Source: Eledone cirrhosa (lineage: Eukaryota). From it: DNA of 64,000 nucleotides. A program made the position numbers and the translations under genes. The notes beneath the pieces were generated by a model. That model was not told the DNA's origin. It saw nothing but the letters and a program-made list of their open reading frames with translations, and did no database searches. Each line of letters opens with the position of its first letter. Within the stretch, counting starts at the first letter, position 1. Where the stretch lies: NCBI GenBank assembly GCA_964016885.1, contig OZ024744.1:40734001-40798000 (forward strand), read 5' to 3'. This document shows positions 1-13,128 of this stretch, piece by piece.

Positions 1-382
1 TCATATATGTATGTATATATGTATGTATGTGTGTGTATATATATATGTATGTTCTTCTGGTTTTATAATTTCGCCAATTTTTCCCAATAGAGAGAGAGTC
101 AGTTTCTAACATAGACACAAGACTCTCTCATTGGAATTTACACATCAACGAGGTAGATATGTATGCATGTCTGCATGCATGCATGTGTAGGTATGGATGT
201 TATTGTATGTGTGGATCTGTATGTTTTGAGTTGCATGTGTGCATGTGTATATGCAGTTATTAGATGCAAAATTTTTGGAATATTTTTACTGTTCCATTAA
301 TGGATTGTACTTGTAATTTCCTAACTAGTTGTGTTCTATATATTCATGTGAAGCCCAGCTTCTCAAGATTTGTATTCAATAA

Positions 383-728
383 TGGAGGCATATGGCTTAG
401 TGGTTAGAGCATTGGCCTTGCAATCGAAAGGTTGTGAGTTCAATTCTCAGACCGGGTGATGTGTTGTTTCCTTGAGCAAGACACTTTATTTCACATTGCT
501 CCAGTTTACTCAGCTGTAGAAATGAGAAGATAGGGACTGGGATCCCTATCATTCCACTGCAAAGTGGTCGTGCAGGTGCCACGGCAAAAAAGCACCCAGC
601 ACTCACTGTAAATGAGGTTGGTGTTAGGAAGGGCATCCAGCTGTAGAAATCAAGCCAGAATCAGTTCCCGTCCCACCCTTGCAAGCAGGGAAAAAGCGGA
701 CGTAAAATGAAATGATGAATGATGATGA
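383..728 (+). mobile_element. tRNA-derived SINE, family A (RTE-type 3' tail)
   Basis: A-box TGGCTTAGTGG, B-box-like GAGTTCAATTC and (ATG)n tail; near-identical copies at 19069-19448, 31045-31381 and 60056-60437. Confidence 0.85.
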
Positions 729-990
729 ATAATAATGAAATTATTGTGTAAAGTGCTCAGGCGCACTACAACTCGTCAAAGGTGCATGTATAGTACATAG
801 AATAATACACAAATGTCAGAGAAGTGAATAGTGTATGAGTCATGATATACATGTGTGTATGTGTATGGAGGGGGAACATTAGGTGTAGTGTTGGCGAATC
901 TCGGGAAGCATGGAGGCCTTAAAGGATGCAGTGCCTCGACAGCTAACAACTGGTGCAGGTAGTTTGTTCCATGCTTCAGCAACTCTGAGC
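729..990 (-). mobile_element. CR1-like LINE 3' end
   Basis: Minus strand encodes LRVAEAWNKLPAPVVSCRGTASFK; 3' UTR with GTTGTAGTGCGCCTGAGCAC and (TTA)n tail matches 46720-47087. Confidence 0.75.
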
Positions 991-2470
991 AGTTACTATC
1001 ATATCCCAGTGCCCCAATAATCACAGGTGTAAATCTGAAGGTATAATCAGGGTGGTGTATCTGCAGATTTCTCATTAGTTCCGCATAAATATTCTCTTTT
1101 TTGCAAATCTTTGATATTATATTGGCATCTGTTGGGCAGCTAACTTCCACTACTGTGCATGCCTCCTTTTCCCTGTCCTCTATAATTATATCTGGTCTGT
1201 TATGCCTGCATTTTATTGGGGTTTTTACTGGAAGATTCCACCAGTACTCTTTCATATTATGTATATGTATGTCTTCCACATTGCTGTAGCTTTTAATGTG
1301 TTTATTATCGGGGCTATCTTTTCTACGGATTGCATTGTACAGTGTTTTGGCCACTACATCATGCCTCATAGGTAGATAGTACCGCGATGACAACTTTGGA
1401 CAGCTGCTTATGTCATGGGTGACATCTTCGATGTTAATTCTGCAGAGTCTGCACATGTTGTCACATCTAGGTGTTTTTCTTGCATCCCTATCTCTTATGT
1501 GAATCAGATACTTCGTGTTGATTTCCTGTTCCTGGATTGCAAAAGCGTATCCTTCAAAGTGGGAGCCAATATAGCGGTTGTTGGTCCAAGATAGACTACT
1601 TTCCTTATCTATATTACTCTCACTCTGGCGCTTCCTGGCAACATATCCATGCATGACATTTTGCTGATAAGCATACAGTTTTTCATCCTTGGATTCACTG
1701 CAAAACTGCTGAGCAACTTCCTTGGGTGTGAGTTTTTGATTATCACACAAGGAATATCTCTTGAGGAGTTCCTTCCCAACTCTCATGATCTTATCTGTTT
1801 CATGCAGACAGACTTGCTCAATAGATGGACTCCTATGCTTCGAGGTTCATAAATGTTGTTGGAGGGATAAAGAGCAGCACTGATAAGCTATCACCCTGAA
1901 AGATGCCTTTCTGTTAGTATATTGTATCAGTCTCAATGTGCTCCTTCTCACCTCTAGGAATCAAATTGATGTATCAGTTCTTGACCAGGTGTTCAACAGC
2001 AGCTACTAGTGGCTGTGTGACTTTGGCTAATTGTAAAGCCTTAATAATCTATCCTTAAGGTACACTATCAAAAGCCTTCTGATAGTCCAACCACACCACA
2101 GTCATGTTCCTGTGATATTTTGCTGTTTTTTCCTATATCATTTTATTTGTCAGTAGGTGATCTATGCAGTCCCACATCTCCTTCCCACCAGTTTCTCAGG
2201 TGTTATAATGTTGTTGGTGGCACAATGATCCTACCAAAACAGATTAAGACACCTAGTGTATAATTTATACATGATGTTCTGGCAGGCTATTGGGTGGTAA
2301 TTTTTAGCAAGGGTGGTCTGGCTATTTTGGGGAGATGAGTGGCAGCTGATAACCATTGGGGCAGTTCTTGTGTGCCTTTGATGGTTTCTCTAAACAGCCA
2401 TAACAGATCATGCCGATAGAAGGTGAAATTCTTCAGTCACTATTCAACATTTTCTGTAAAGCTGTTTCCA
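991..2470 (-). mobile_element. RLE-type non-LTR retrotransposon (R4/Dong-like), degraded
   Basis: ORF 776..1786 has CRLC..H..SSC zinc knuckle, RHD and PDII...VVEVSCP restriction-like endonuclease motifs; RT remnants (NYHPIACQNIMYKLY, WLDYQKAFDSV) at about 2050-2310. Confidence 0.8.
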
Positions 2471-3051
2471 GTATTGAACTATGTTTGTATGTATGTAAAG
2501 GAATATCAGTTTTCAACTAGTGGTTTGTGTTATGACATAAGTTATCTGAAAAGATAGATATGATTTGACAAATTTATATTACTTAAACATACAAAATAGT
2601 CGTTTTTAAAGATGTGTAGTAGGTTGAAGAGAAAATGTCAAACACATTACATGGAAATCCATCACAAATGAAAGGTAGAACTTATACACGTACACACATA
2701 TGTATGTATGAAGGGCTGGGGAGGATCTCAGATTGAGTGGAGTATGAGTATAATTACTAAAGAACTGCAGCTGATGTGGTGGGATTATGATGGGGATGGT
2801 GGTGAAAAAAAGAGTGTACAAGGATGGAAGGAATAGTTACAAACGAGCGTTGGTGGAGGAATATGTGAACATGAGTATGACATCATTATCTGTTTTCCCT
2901 TCACACATACTCAACTACACTTACACACAATATTCGAGGGTAGTTAGTCTAACGAACTGGATGTAGGCTGCCCTTGAATCAAATATTTTTATTTTTGTCT
3001 CCGTGTACAAACCTGTGTTTACCATGATTCCTTTATAACTGTTATGCAATA

Positions 3052-3104
3052 CACCTGATGATGTATCTTATGGAGTCTTACTGACCATTGAAATATATAT
3101 AGTG
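3052..3104 (+). ncRNA. Degenerate type I hammerhead ribozyme
   Basis: CAC-CTGATGA-(weak stem II)-GAAA-TATATA-TA-GTG; same core as 45620-45674. Confidence 0.45.
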
Positions 3105-3151
3105 CCTGTGGGATAAAAACTTTAAAGGAATCTCAACTTTCCGGCCTCTTG

Positions 3152-4010
3152 TCACTTTATTTTGTTACTAACATATCCCAGTGCCCCAATAATCACAGGC
3201 ATAAATCTGAAGGTGTAATCAGGGTGGAGTATCTGCAGATTTCTCATCAGTTCTGCATAAATATTCTCCTTTACGCTAATCTTTGATATTATATCGGCAT
3301 CTGCTGGGCAGCTAATTTCCACTACTGTGCATGTTTTCATCTCCCTGTCCCATATCATAATATCTGGTCTGTTGTGCCTGCATTTTATTGGGGTTTTTAC
3401 TGGAACATTCCACCAGTACTCTTACATATTATATACATGGATGTCTTCCACATTGCTATAGCTTTTAATGTGTTTATTATCGGGGCTATCTTTTCTACAG
3501 ATTGCATTGTACAGTGTGTTGGCCACTACATCATGCCTCATAGGTAGATAGTACCGCGCTTATATCTTTGGACAGCTGCTTATAACATAGGGGACATCTT
3601 CAATGTTAGTTCTGCAGAGTCTGTTATCACATCTAGGTGTTTTGCCTGCATCCCTATCTCTTTTGTGAATCAGGTATTTCGTGTTAATCTCCTGTTCTTT
3701 GATTGCAAAAGTGTATCCTTCAAAGTGGGAGCCAATATAGCGGTTGTTGGTCCAAGATAGACTACTTTGTTTATCTATATTACTCTCACTCTGGAGCTTC
3801 CTGACAACATATCCATGCATGACTTTTTGCTGATAAACATGCAGTTTTTCATCCATGGATTCACTGCGATACTGCTGAGCGACTTCCCTGGATGTGAGTT
3901 TTGATTATCACACAGGGAATATCTCTCGAGGAGTTCCTTCCCAACTCTCATGATCTTATCTGTTTCATGCAGATAGACTTGCTTGAGAGACGGGCTTCTA
4001 CGCTCCCATG
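3152..4010 (-). mobile_element. Second RLE-type (R4/Dong-like) LINE fragment
   Basis: ORFs 3152..3358, 3560..3856 and 3775..4038 are frameshifted paralogues of ORF 776..1786. Confidence 0.8.
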
Positions 4011-4989
4011 ATGTAATATTAGGAAAAGCACTCAACATTATGCAACTTATCTATCTTTAATGTTGAATCTTGTTGGTGGTGCGAGAATGGAGTTAATTAT
4101 TATTTTACTCAATAATATCATCATCATCATCATCATCTCCGTTTTAGTCCTTTCTTCCAAACTAGCATGGGTTAGACGGGTTGTCCTGTAGTGGGCAATG
4201 CCAGGTCAGGTGACCATGTCTTGTATGTATGTATGTATTTACATGTATGTATGTATATATGTTGACTCTTATGAGTTCTTCCGCCCTTTGTCAGGGCATT
4301 CTACTAGGAGAAGGCAACTCAGGAAACTGGGATAACTCTGATATAAAACCTGCGGCTCAGTAGTTACCGATGATGTTGATCTTTTCTTCTTTTCGGGTTA
4401 TAGCTACTGTTGCTGAGAGAGTCGGATTGGCTCAGTGCACATTCTTTCCTCACTTTATAAAATATCTTCACGCACAGGCATTGCACGATAGAATTAATTA
4501 ATAATTATTAATAATGTTATATTGTGCAATGGTCATACTCGATAACGAGGGGGCAGCCATCATCATGTATGTATGTATATATGTACGTATGTATGTATAT
4601 ATGTATGTATGTATTTATGTATATATGTATGTATTATGTATGTGTGTATATATCTATGTACGTATGTAATGAAGTTTATCATATTAAGGCTGCTTTCAAG
4701 TTGTTGTGGTTGTTAGATGTTACTAAGATTTGAATTGTAGCTGGAGATTGTGAGCCTATGATATCACAACTACTATAAATGGATTTGCTGGAATGTTTGT
4801 TAAATATTTTGCAGGAGAAGCTCGTGCTTATCAACGACAGAATGCTTTATGCTATGTTTGTGAATACATTTTCCATTATGAAAAAGAATTGCATACTATT
4901 ATTATCTTCCTATTTTTCTGCTTGGTGCTTTTGTTTTGTATGGGTTGTTCATTGTGCTTGCATTTGCCTTTAAAACCCTCACATATATG

Positions 4990-5040
4990 TATGTGTGTTT
5001 ATTTGTGTGCGTGTGTGTGTGTGTGTTGTGTGTGTGTATG

Positions 5041-5129
<89 letters not shown>
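4990..5129. repeat. (TG)n microsatellite
   Basis: Long TG dinucleotide run. Confidence 0.95.
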
Positions 5130-5133
<4 letters not shown>

Positions 5134-5950
5134 GTCAGCTTCAGTAACGCCATCTGCTGTCTGAACACTATCAAGATATGTGAAGTGTTGAAGCTTTTCT
5201 ATCATTTTCCCAATGACTAAAACTTGATGTGCTTCTCTGTAGCCAACTTTCTGTATTTTTGTTTTTCATATATTTACTCTCAAGCCAACTTTTTCAGCTG
5301 TTTCAACCAGGGCATCATCTGGCATTGTCTCCCAGTTGTTGGGGAGAAAGGCTGTGTCATCACCACAGTCTAAATCTACCAGTTTTACTCTTCCCCATTT
5401 TAAGTCATGTCCCGAATATAATCCAAGATTATTAAGTTTAGACTGCAGAAGCTGACATAAAACAAAGAATAGCAAAACCCCAATCAATATGTCAATCAAA
5501 GAAGCTGACATCACAAACGAAATTGAGGTTAGTCTGATCAATTTTTATCTCAACAACAACCTATGTTGCTGACACGTGGAACAGTATTGCCAGAACGGAA
5601 AAACAACTTTTCATATAGATGCCTCCAATAGATCCTGGACATTAGATGGCAAGACAAGATCACAAATGAAGCTGTGTTTTGAAGAGCCGATGCCACATGC
5701 CTGAGGCTTGTCACCAAGAGCAGAAGAATGCAGCTGGCAGGGCATGTCCTACAAATAGGGGACAATATACCAGCAAGAACTACAATGTTGTGGTTACCAG
5801 CGGGTGTGAAAAGACCAAAGGATAGGCCAAAGATCTGGAGATCTATTCTAAAATATAACCTGCACAGGTGTGACACAAATTGGTTTCAAGCAGCAACCCT
5901 TGCCAGAGACAGAGAAAGGTGGAAGAGCATAGTGGTCCAGATGACCAGAT
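5130..5950. mobile_element. RTE-clade LINE fragment with inverted 5' part
   Basis: Minus 5440->5130: DLDCGDDTAFL..AEKVGLRVN..FTYLDSVQTADGVTEADI; plus 5442->5950: EADIKQRIAK..YVADTW..ILDIRWQDKITNEAV..LAGHVLQ..RPKDRPK..ARDRERWK. Confidence 0.75.
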
Positions 5951-6514
5951 ATGTGTGTGTGTGTGTGGGGGGGGGGGTCTGTGTCTGTGTCTGTGTCTGT
6001 GTGTGTGCATGTATGGATGTGTATCAGTTAGTGATTGTTAATAAATCGGTATGCTGAGGAAAACTACCTTGTGGTATTTATTCCATTCTTCTTACATTGT
6101 TTTATGCTTAGGTTGAATTTGCCATTTGATAGTGATCAATAAAATAAATCCTTGAATAACTATTCTGTGTCAATATAATTATCTAATACCTTTAAACATG
6201 GTATCTCTCCATGCTCACAGTCTAAAAACTATTAAAAAAAACAAGAAAAAAAAAGAAAGGATCAAATAATAAAATAATGTAACATTTGGAATATTTGAGG
6301 AAAGTATATTGGGGCTGTCATTTCCCACAAGGATAACATTTATTTATGTTCTTTGAAAAGGCGTAAACATCAACACTTCTTATGGTTTTTTCTCTCACAA
6401 CCTACTGCTTTTCAGTTTTGTATATTTGTGAAGAACAATGTATAATGCAAGGCGTGGAAAATGGAATAGAATGGATGAGTATTCACTTGCTTGATCAATG
6501 GAACAGCATGCTCA

Positions 6515-6760
6515 TAAAATTAATGTGTAAATGGCTGAGCATCCCACAGACATGTGTACTATTAACATAATCCTCACAGAGATCTAGTGTGACCCAGTGT
6601 GTGACTAGACTGGTATTGAATTGCAGGTACAGTCTATCTGATGGGCTTCCATACAGTTTCTAACTACCCAATTTCACTTACAAAGTTTAGGTGAATCTGA
6701 GATTATGGTAAATGACACTTTCCCAAGATGGCATGCAACAGGATGAAACCTAAGACCTTA
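6515..6760 (-). mobile_element. Old degenerate SINE fragment
   Basis: TGGCTGAGCATCCCACAGACA...GTGTGAC similar to the 31650-31900 region. Confidence 0.4.
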
Positions 6761-7399
6761 TGACATCTTCACCTTTTAGCAAAGCTGTGTACACAGCACA
6801 AAGACCTAACAAAATGTTTTTTGCACCACAATTACATGACATGATCATTTCCCTTCTTTATAAATATATACCATCATGTGGTCACATACAACTGTATTTT
6901 CAGTCTTTATCTCTTCTTCCTTATATATTCCTCTCTTTCTCCTCCCTTTTTCTTCTCTTTCCTCTTTCTCTGCCCCCCCCCCTCTCTCTTTCATGGTTAT
7001 ACATCAATCTCATCATCAGTGATGTCACCATCAGGGGTTCCTCTTCTTTTTCTTTAGATATTATACATACAGATAGAGAGAGGGAGGGAGGGATAGAGAG
7101 ATGTATGGATGGATGACAGATAGATAGAGAGATAGATGGACGGACAGACAAATAGATAGATATAGTGTTGGTGTTGGTATCACAAAAAAATGTACCCAGT
7201 ACACCATGTCAATCAATTGACACCAGGAAGAGCATCCAGTGATATAAATCATATAAAATATTGAAGATAATGAGAAAGTTGGTTACTCCAACCCATCTGA
7301 TCTCAGTCTGTGGTAATTTATCCAACTCATGCCAGCATTGAAAGAGGCCATAAAATGATGATGATGATGGTGGTGGTTAAGAGGTACCTACTGACTGTA

Positions 7400-9020
7400 G
7401 GTATGTTTTGTAAGTGATCCTGTCTTCCCTCTGTTTGTCTTCCTCAACCTACAGGTTTATATACAGAGATACTCATTCACTCGGGCCATTTTTGACACAT
7501 CCACCCACCTTTCAGCGAATTTACTGGGGTGTAGCACCTCTCTCTCCACTCTCACCTTCCTTCTGAAGTGATATTTAAAGAAGGGGATGAGTTGTTGTCC
7601 AGAGAGGAGGGTGTTTGCCTTCACTCCTTTCAACCTCGTCTACCATATTACCTCTTTTGCCATAGAGGAAAACTGCCTCCTTCATTGTTAAATGAAGGGG
7701 ACAGGGTGATCCTCAGGATGGACTCAGCTGACAACTGGATGTGTCCCACATGTGACAGTAACTGTTCAACATAATTCCACAGGTCGGTCACCCCTAGGCA
7801 CTGAACAATTGCATGCAGAACGGTTTTGAATGTCCTGCTCGAATCTTGACCAGGTCCTTTTGGCAGGATCCCTGCCAGGGCATCTGTGCCTGTAGATTTT
7901 GTCTCGAGCTGGAAGAGCTTCTCTATAGCACTACCAGGCCAGACCTCTGGAAGTTATCCATAGGTCCTGGATGGAAATCCTCCCTTACAGACTGGACAGT
8001 TCATCCTCTTCAACATCGAGACTCCCGGAGAACGTCATCGCACTTATATTCCACTAATCCATTATAGAATGGTGACATGGAATCTCCGCTGATTGCAGTT
8101 TCCACCTGGTGGAGGACTGTGAGCACCTGAGTGCACTTGAGGTGTGAGGCACCCATTTTCAGTCTTTGCTTGATCCATGCAGCTCTGTTAGCGGGATAAA
8201 TTGTGGAAAAGCTTGCCTCACGAATGGCAACCACACTGGTTCACCAGTCAGGAATACCTGGAGATGGCGTAGACTCAGCACATGTTTATGCATCATCAGC
8301 CATGGCATATCCAGCACCCCATTAAAAGGGTGTTGGCAACAGATGGATCTCTTCACCAATGGAACCTGTTTCTTCCAAAGGAACTTGAAGAGTAGATGTT
8401 TCATTTTGGCAAGGTGATCAAGGGGACACTATGTAAGTGTTCATCACCCTCGCTCGATATTTCAAGGAGAAGTTGCACTCAGCCCACTTCTGGGTGAGCA
8501 CAAATACCTTCACTGTGACCTTGTTCCAGTTTTTGTCCACTTCGAGTTCTGGACCAAACCAGACCCCAAGCAATTTAACCGTTCCTTCCATCAAGTGTGC
8601 AACAATGCTGTTAGACAGCATGAGTTTGCCTCTCCATGTGCCGAGTTGCAAACGGACAGACTTGCTCGAGTTTAGTTTTGCTCACGTCAATGTTTCGTGT
8701 TCCTGTAATAAGTTGCTGATTACCCCAATTTCCGAGGTTTTTCGACACCATTACGGTCACGTTGTTGGCGTAGGCTGATGCTGCTTTTCACAGTCCTCGT
8801 TCCATCAGGATGCTCTGCAACAGCTCCAACTGCCGCAGTAGTGGCTTGAGAGTCAGTACGTACAGAACCATGTATTCCCTGGAAGATGGAATGCATGGTT
8901 TGGAATGGCTCTGATAGGTAGCCATTCACCTTGACTGCCGAGCAGATGCTGGTGTGCATGGCAGTGATCCAGCCTCTGAAGACGGGTCCGAAACCGGCTG
9001 CCGTGAGAACCGCTTCCAAG
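7400..9020 (-). mobile_element. L1/Tx1-like LINE, 3' part of ORF2, degraded
   Basis: EAVLTAAGFGPVFRGWITAMH, VKLLGVWFG and C-terminal zinc finger; homologous to 37200-37900. Confidence 0.8.
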
Positions 9021-9164
9021 TATTAATGGTTGAATAGATATATTCATGCATACTTACTTACATACATATATCTTCTCCTCCAATGTCTCTCTATCTTTCT
9101 CTGACTTTTTCTTTGTTTTTTTTATTGACATGTTTTTTGATGAATAATAAAAATTTCAATTGGA

Positions 9165-9675
9165 ATTAAATTTACATGTTGATGGAAGCCTTGTAGTGGG
9201 AAGACCCAAGAAGACCTGGGATGAGGTGATAAAAGCCCATCTTGCCCAATTGCACCTCTCAAATGTGATGATCACCAAGATCTCATGTGATACGCAGTAA
9301 TAGAGAAAACCCGACTTCCCACGGGGACAAGCTGAAGCATGTACACAGTGTGCCTCCCACCTCCCACTGTATAGTAGTTGTGTAGGTGTCACGATAAAAT
9401 GCACCCAGTCCACACTGTAGAGTGGTCATGCAGGTGATATGACAAAAAGCACCCAGTACTCACTGTAAACGAGGTTGGCATTAGGAAGGGCGTCCAGCTG
9501 AAGAAACTAAGCCAGAACCAGTTCTGTACGAGCAAGACATAGTCACCTGACCTGGCTTTGCCCACAACAGGACAACCCGTCTAACCCATGCTAGTGTGGA
9601 AGAATGGATGCTAAATGATAATGATGATGATGTTGTTGGTGGTGGTGGTGATGATGATGATGATGATGATGATGG
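9165..9675 (+). mobile_element. RTE LINE 3' end
   Basis: VGRPKKTWDEVIK then 3' UTR with 48-bp repeat units, AGGAAGGGCGTCCAGC and (ATG)n tail. Confidence 0.8.
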
Positions 9676-9960
9676 AGTGGAAGAGGTGGTGCAGAAGGAG
9701 GGGGGGAGAAGGAGGAGGTGGATGTGGTGGAAGAGGACATGGTGGATGAGAGGAAGAGGAAGAGATGGAGGATGATGAGGGGGGGGGGGGATGAAGTTGC
9801 GGAGGAGGATAATGTGGAGGAGGAAGAAGGGTGGAGGATGGGGGAGAAGAGGAGGGGGAAGGTTGGGGGATGATGATGAGGAGGGAGGGAGGGTGGGGGG
9901 AAGATGCAGAGGAGGTGGGGGAAGGGGTGGGGAGGAAGAGGTGGTGGAGGAGGAAAGTTA
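9676..9960. repeat. GGA/GA-rich polypurine low-complexity tract
   Basis: Nearly pure purine strand with G runs. Confidence 0.85.
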
Positions 9961-10239
9961 TAGGAAGGAAGCCCTAGTCTATATATATGGTAGGATATGT
10001 ACTCCAATGACCAGGTCAGTGCATACAGAAGTGTATGCATATTTCTTATTTTTTAAAGTTTTCAGAATGAGTGTGAGACGTTCACAGTTCAACTAAGGAC
10101 AAAACTATTCAGTGACCAATTTGAAAGAACTTCATGGAGTGATAGGTGAGCAAGACAATCAGTGATGGGTTGTTCTCATCCTAAATAAATTCTCTTATTT
10201 TTTATGTATTTGCATTTGTTCCTTTTACAAAATTTTAAA

Positions 10240-10341
10240 CTGTCTTAATATAAGTGACATTTGTACATTATTCTATGTACTATACCTTTCACAAGTTGTA
10301 GTGCACCTGAGCACTGTACACAATAATTTAATTATTATTAT
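10240..10341 (+). mobile_element. CR1-like LINE extreme 3' end
   Basis: AGTTGTAGTGCACCTGAGCACTGTACACAAT plus (TTA)n, as at 47037-47087. Confidence 0.6.
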
Positions 10342-10888
10342 ACATTGTATTCCATTCATCTTTTATTGTATATATATATAGTGAAGCCAACCTGTGTTTA
10401 AGTACAGCCAAAAAAAAAGACATAAAACAAACGTGTTATTGATGTTGCCGATATCACCTTAGATCATTTTCTTAGAACATATTTTTTTCCTAAAATATTT
10501 CCTATACCTGCTTTAACATTGGATTACCCCGCTTTAGCATTGGATTACCCCGCTTTTCCGTGAGTTGATCAACGTAGCAGCCCTAACATAGAGTAAAATA
10601 ACTTTTTTTTCAATACTTTAAATTACTCTCACAATTCTTCCCTTATCACCCACCCACCCCAATCACTATCCTATAACCTCCCCCTACTCTAAGCTATTTC
10701 CAGTTCTTTTCCACTGGCATAGTTAGAAAAGTTGGTCCTCTAAGCCAACCAAATATACGATTCTGATATGTAAGTAATTAGCCTTAGTAATTATATATAT
10801 ATAACTATAGTTATATACCTAGTATGTAACTATAGCTATAAACCTGTTATGGTTATATAGCTTCTAATTGAATGGAAGGAAGCATGGG

Positions 10889-10960
10889 TGGCGTGTTGGT
10901 GTAATGGTAACACATTGGTCCGGCAAACCAAAGATGTGGTTTGTGTCCCATCTACGTCCA
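10889..10960 (+). pseudogene. tRNA-like sequence (GGC at anticodon position, Ala-like), degenerate
   Basis: D-arm GGTG-TAATGGTAA-CAC, anticodon stem TTGGT/ACCAA, acceptor GGCGT/ACGTC, T-run about 10 nt downstream; T-loop non-canonical. Confidence 0.45.
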
Positions 10961-11113
10961 TACTCATCCTTTTTTCCATTGAGAGGGTTTTTTTAAATCC
11001 CAACTAACAGACTAATTCTATTTAGTCAAATACGGCGTAAACACATGTTACTACCTGATTTTCAAATTCACTAGTCATTTGTAAACAAAGCCTGCTTTAT
11101 GTCTCCCTATTTG

Positions 11114-11144
<31 letters not shown>

Positions 11145-11260
11145 GATAAATCAAACGAATTTAATCTAAATCAAAATTATGGGTGTCATGCCAGAAAGAC
11201 ATGCGCCATATCACCCGTAAAATAAGCTCTAAGATTCTAATGAGTAGGTCCGAGCATTTT

Positions 11261-11614
11261 ATAATAACTAGAGATTGATTAACATATAAATAAACATGAA
11301 TAATCACAGGAGATAATTTTTACAAGTGTGTAACCACACATAGCTAGGTAGGTAACTAAATAAAGTTGACCAGAACTTCAAAAATATATACCTTATAATA
11401 TGATTAATCTCCCTGTATATATTCCATTAAAGAAATATATTTCACCAATTAATCAGATGGTAAACCACAGAAGTGGAGATTTGGATTTTCAACAAGGAAG
11501 AAATTTCCAGCAATCAGTATTTACACTTCAAGCTATGTGTGGTTACACACTTGTAAAAATTATCTCCTGTGATTATTCATGTTTATTTGTATGTTAATCA
11601 ATCTCTAGTTATTA

Positions 11615-11615
<1 letters not shown>
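11261..11615. repeat. 85-bp inverted repeat in (TA)n-flanked insert
   Basis: 11261-11345 is the reverse complement of 11531-11615 with about 1 mismatch. Confidence 0.9.
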
Positions 11616-11670
<55 letters not shown>

Positions 11671-12969
11671 CACACACACACAACACGACATGTTATATAA
11701 CTTCATTTATATGGTGCATCTTTTATTGTGTGCGTAGTGACCTACATTCCACGGGCTCATATACATTCTCTGTGCATTATTTGGCTCAGCCCAGCCAATG
11801 ACAGCCAGCGGAGGAGAATGTACCTCTACTCGCCCCGAGGGAAAAATTCCTGCCTCAGCTAAAACAATCTCTCTCTTGCACCTCAACAGCGCTAAGGTAA
11901 ACAACTATTTTTCTTTCGCCATGAAATCACTAGTCAATATGTAACACAACAATGTAACCATGGCCTGGCAACACTTCAGCCAGTAGACCGTGCCTCCTGA
12001 AAATCTCAATTCGTTTGTTTTATTTCTCTTGGCATGTTTGCTCTACTCAGCTCTACTCAGCTCAACCTTTGTTAATAAATAACATAAAAACAAGCTAAAG
12101 TCGTTGTTGATATTCCTATCACATCTTTCTACCGAACTGGTTACTCATGGCGTTATAACTATTACATCACTACTTCTATAACTCTGTTAAACTGGTAATT
12201 ATAATAGGACTACTACATCTATATAATACTGCTAAGACCGAGGAATATATAAGTATGAAATGCTCCTTTAAAATATTTATATACATCAACCACACATTCC
12301 TGTTAAATGTGTATGTCTGTATGTTTGTGGCCAATATAGACAGGATTGTTGTTATTTCAATAGTAGTAGTAGTAGTAACAGATAGAATTCTCATTTTTGA
12401 TTGAATACACCAAGATGAAAATTATCAATATATTAAAGAAACAAGGAAGACAATATATTAAGAGAGCTATTTACACAACGTTCACAGACTAATATATCTC
12501 TACATTCTATTGTATTTCTATATAATGACACGAAATTGAATGAAACTGAACTGAACTGAACTACATTGAATATCCATTATTTCTAAACATCAATAGAATG
12601 TGTCAATTTAGTAATCGTTTATTGATGAATACCTACAATCAACTGTTACATCAATTCATGCAAGATGATCAATCAAATAGGAAATGGGAAGAAAAAGAAA
12701 TCTGCTTTTGCACAGCTCCTGCAGTTAACAAGATTTTGGTGTACAAGCTTTCAAACCTCCACAAATGTTGCCATGTATTTTAAGACCTATTTCTGATTGG
12801 ATATCAATCAATTTTGTAGAAGCTTCCTGATCATTATTTCTCTACCCCAAAACTGCCATATAAAGAGCCTTATTTTCCTGGATCTCCACCCAGCTTATAC
12901 CAACTGAAGCAAATAACAACCCTTTCTAGATTGGTTGTTTGTTTTTAATCCTTTTTATTTCCTTAAATA

Positions 12970-13128
12970 GGTGACAAATTGGCTGAGTCGTTAGAATGTT
13001 AGATAGAATGTTTTATGGTATTTGTTCCAGCTCTCTGCTCTCTGAGTTCAAATCCTGCTAAGGTCAACTTTGCCTTTCATCCTTTCGAGGTTGATAAAAA
13101 AAAGTACCAGTCTAGTACTGGGGTTGAT
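12970..13128 (+). mobile_element. SINE family B, degenerate
   Basis: CTGAGTTCAAATCC...CTTTGCCTTTCATCCTTTCGAGGTTGATAAAA...GTACCAG. Confidence 0.65.

Noticed and set aside
397-636. Recurrent 79-aa ORF MPFLTPTSFTV... (also 19143, 31128, 60226)
   Set aside because: Antisense translation of SINE family A, not a gene family
776-1786. 336-aa ORF as an intact gene
   Set aside because: Chimera of RLE LINE C-terminus read through into an out-of-frame CR1 3' end
4261-4560. Possible RTE 5' UTR-like motif (CTAGGAGAAGG..AACTCTGA..AAACC)
   Set aside because: Resemblance too short and no linked ORF
4806-4866. Possible small exon after TTTTGCAG
   Set aside because: Weak donor and no recognisable peptide
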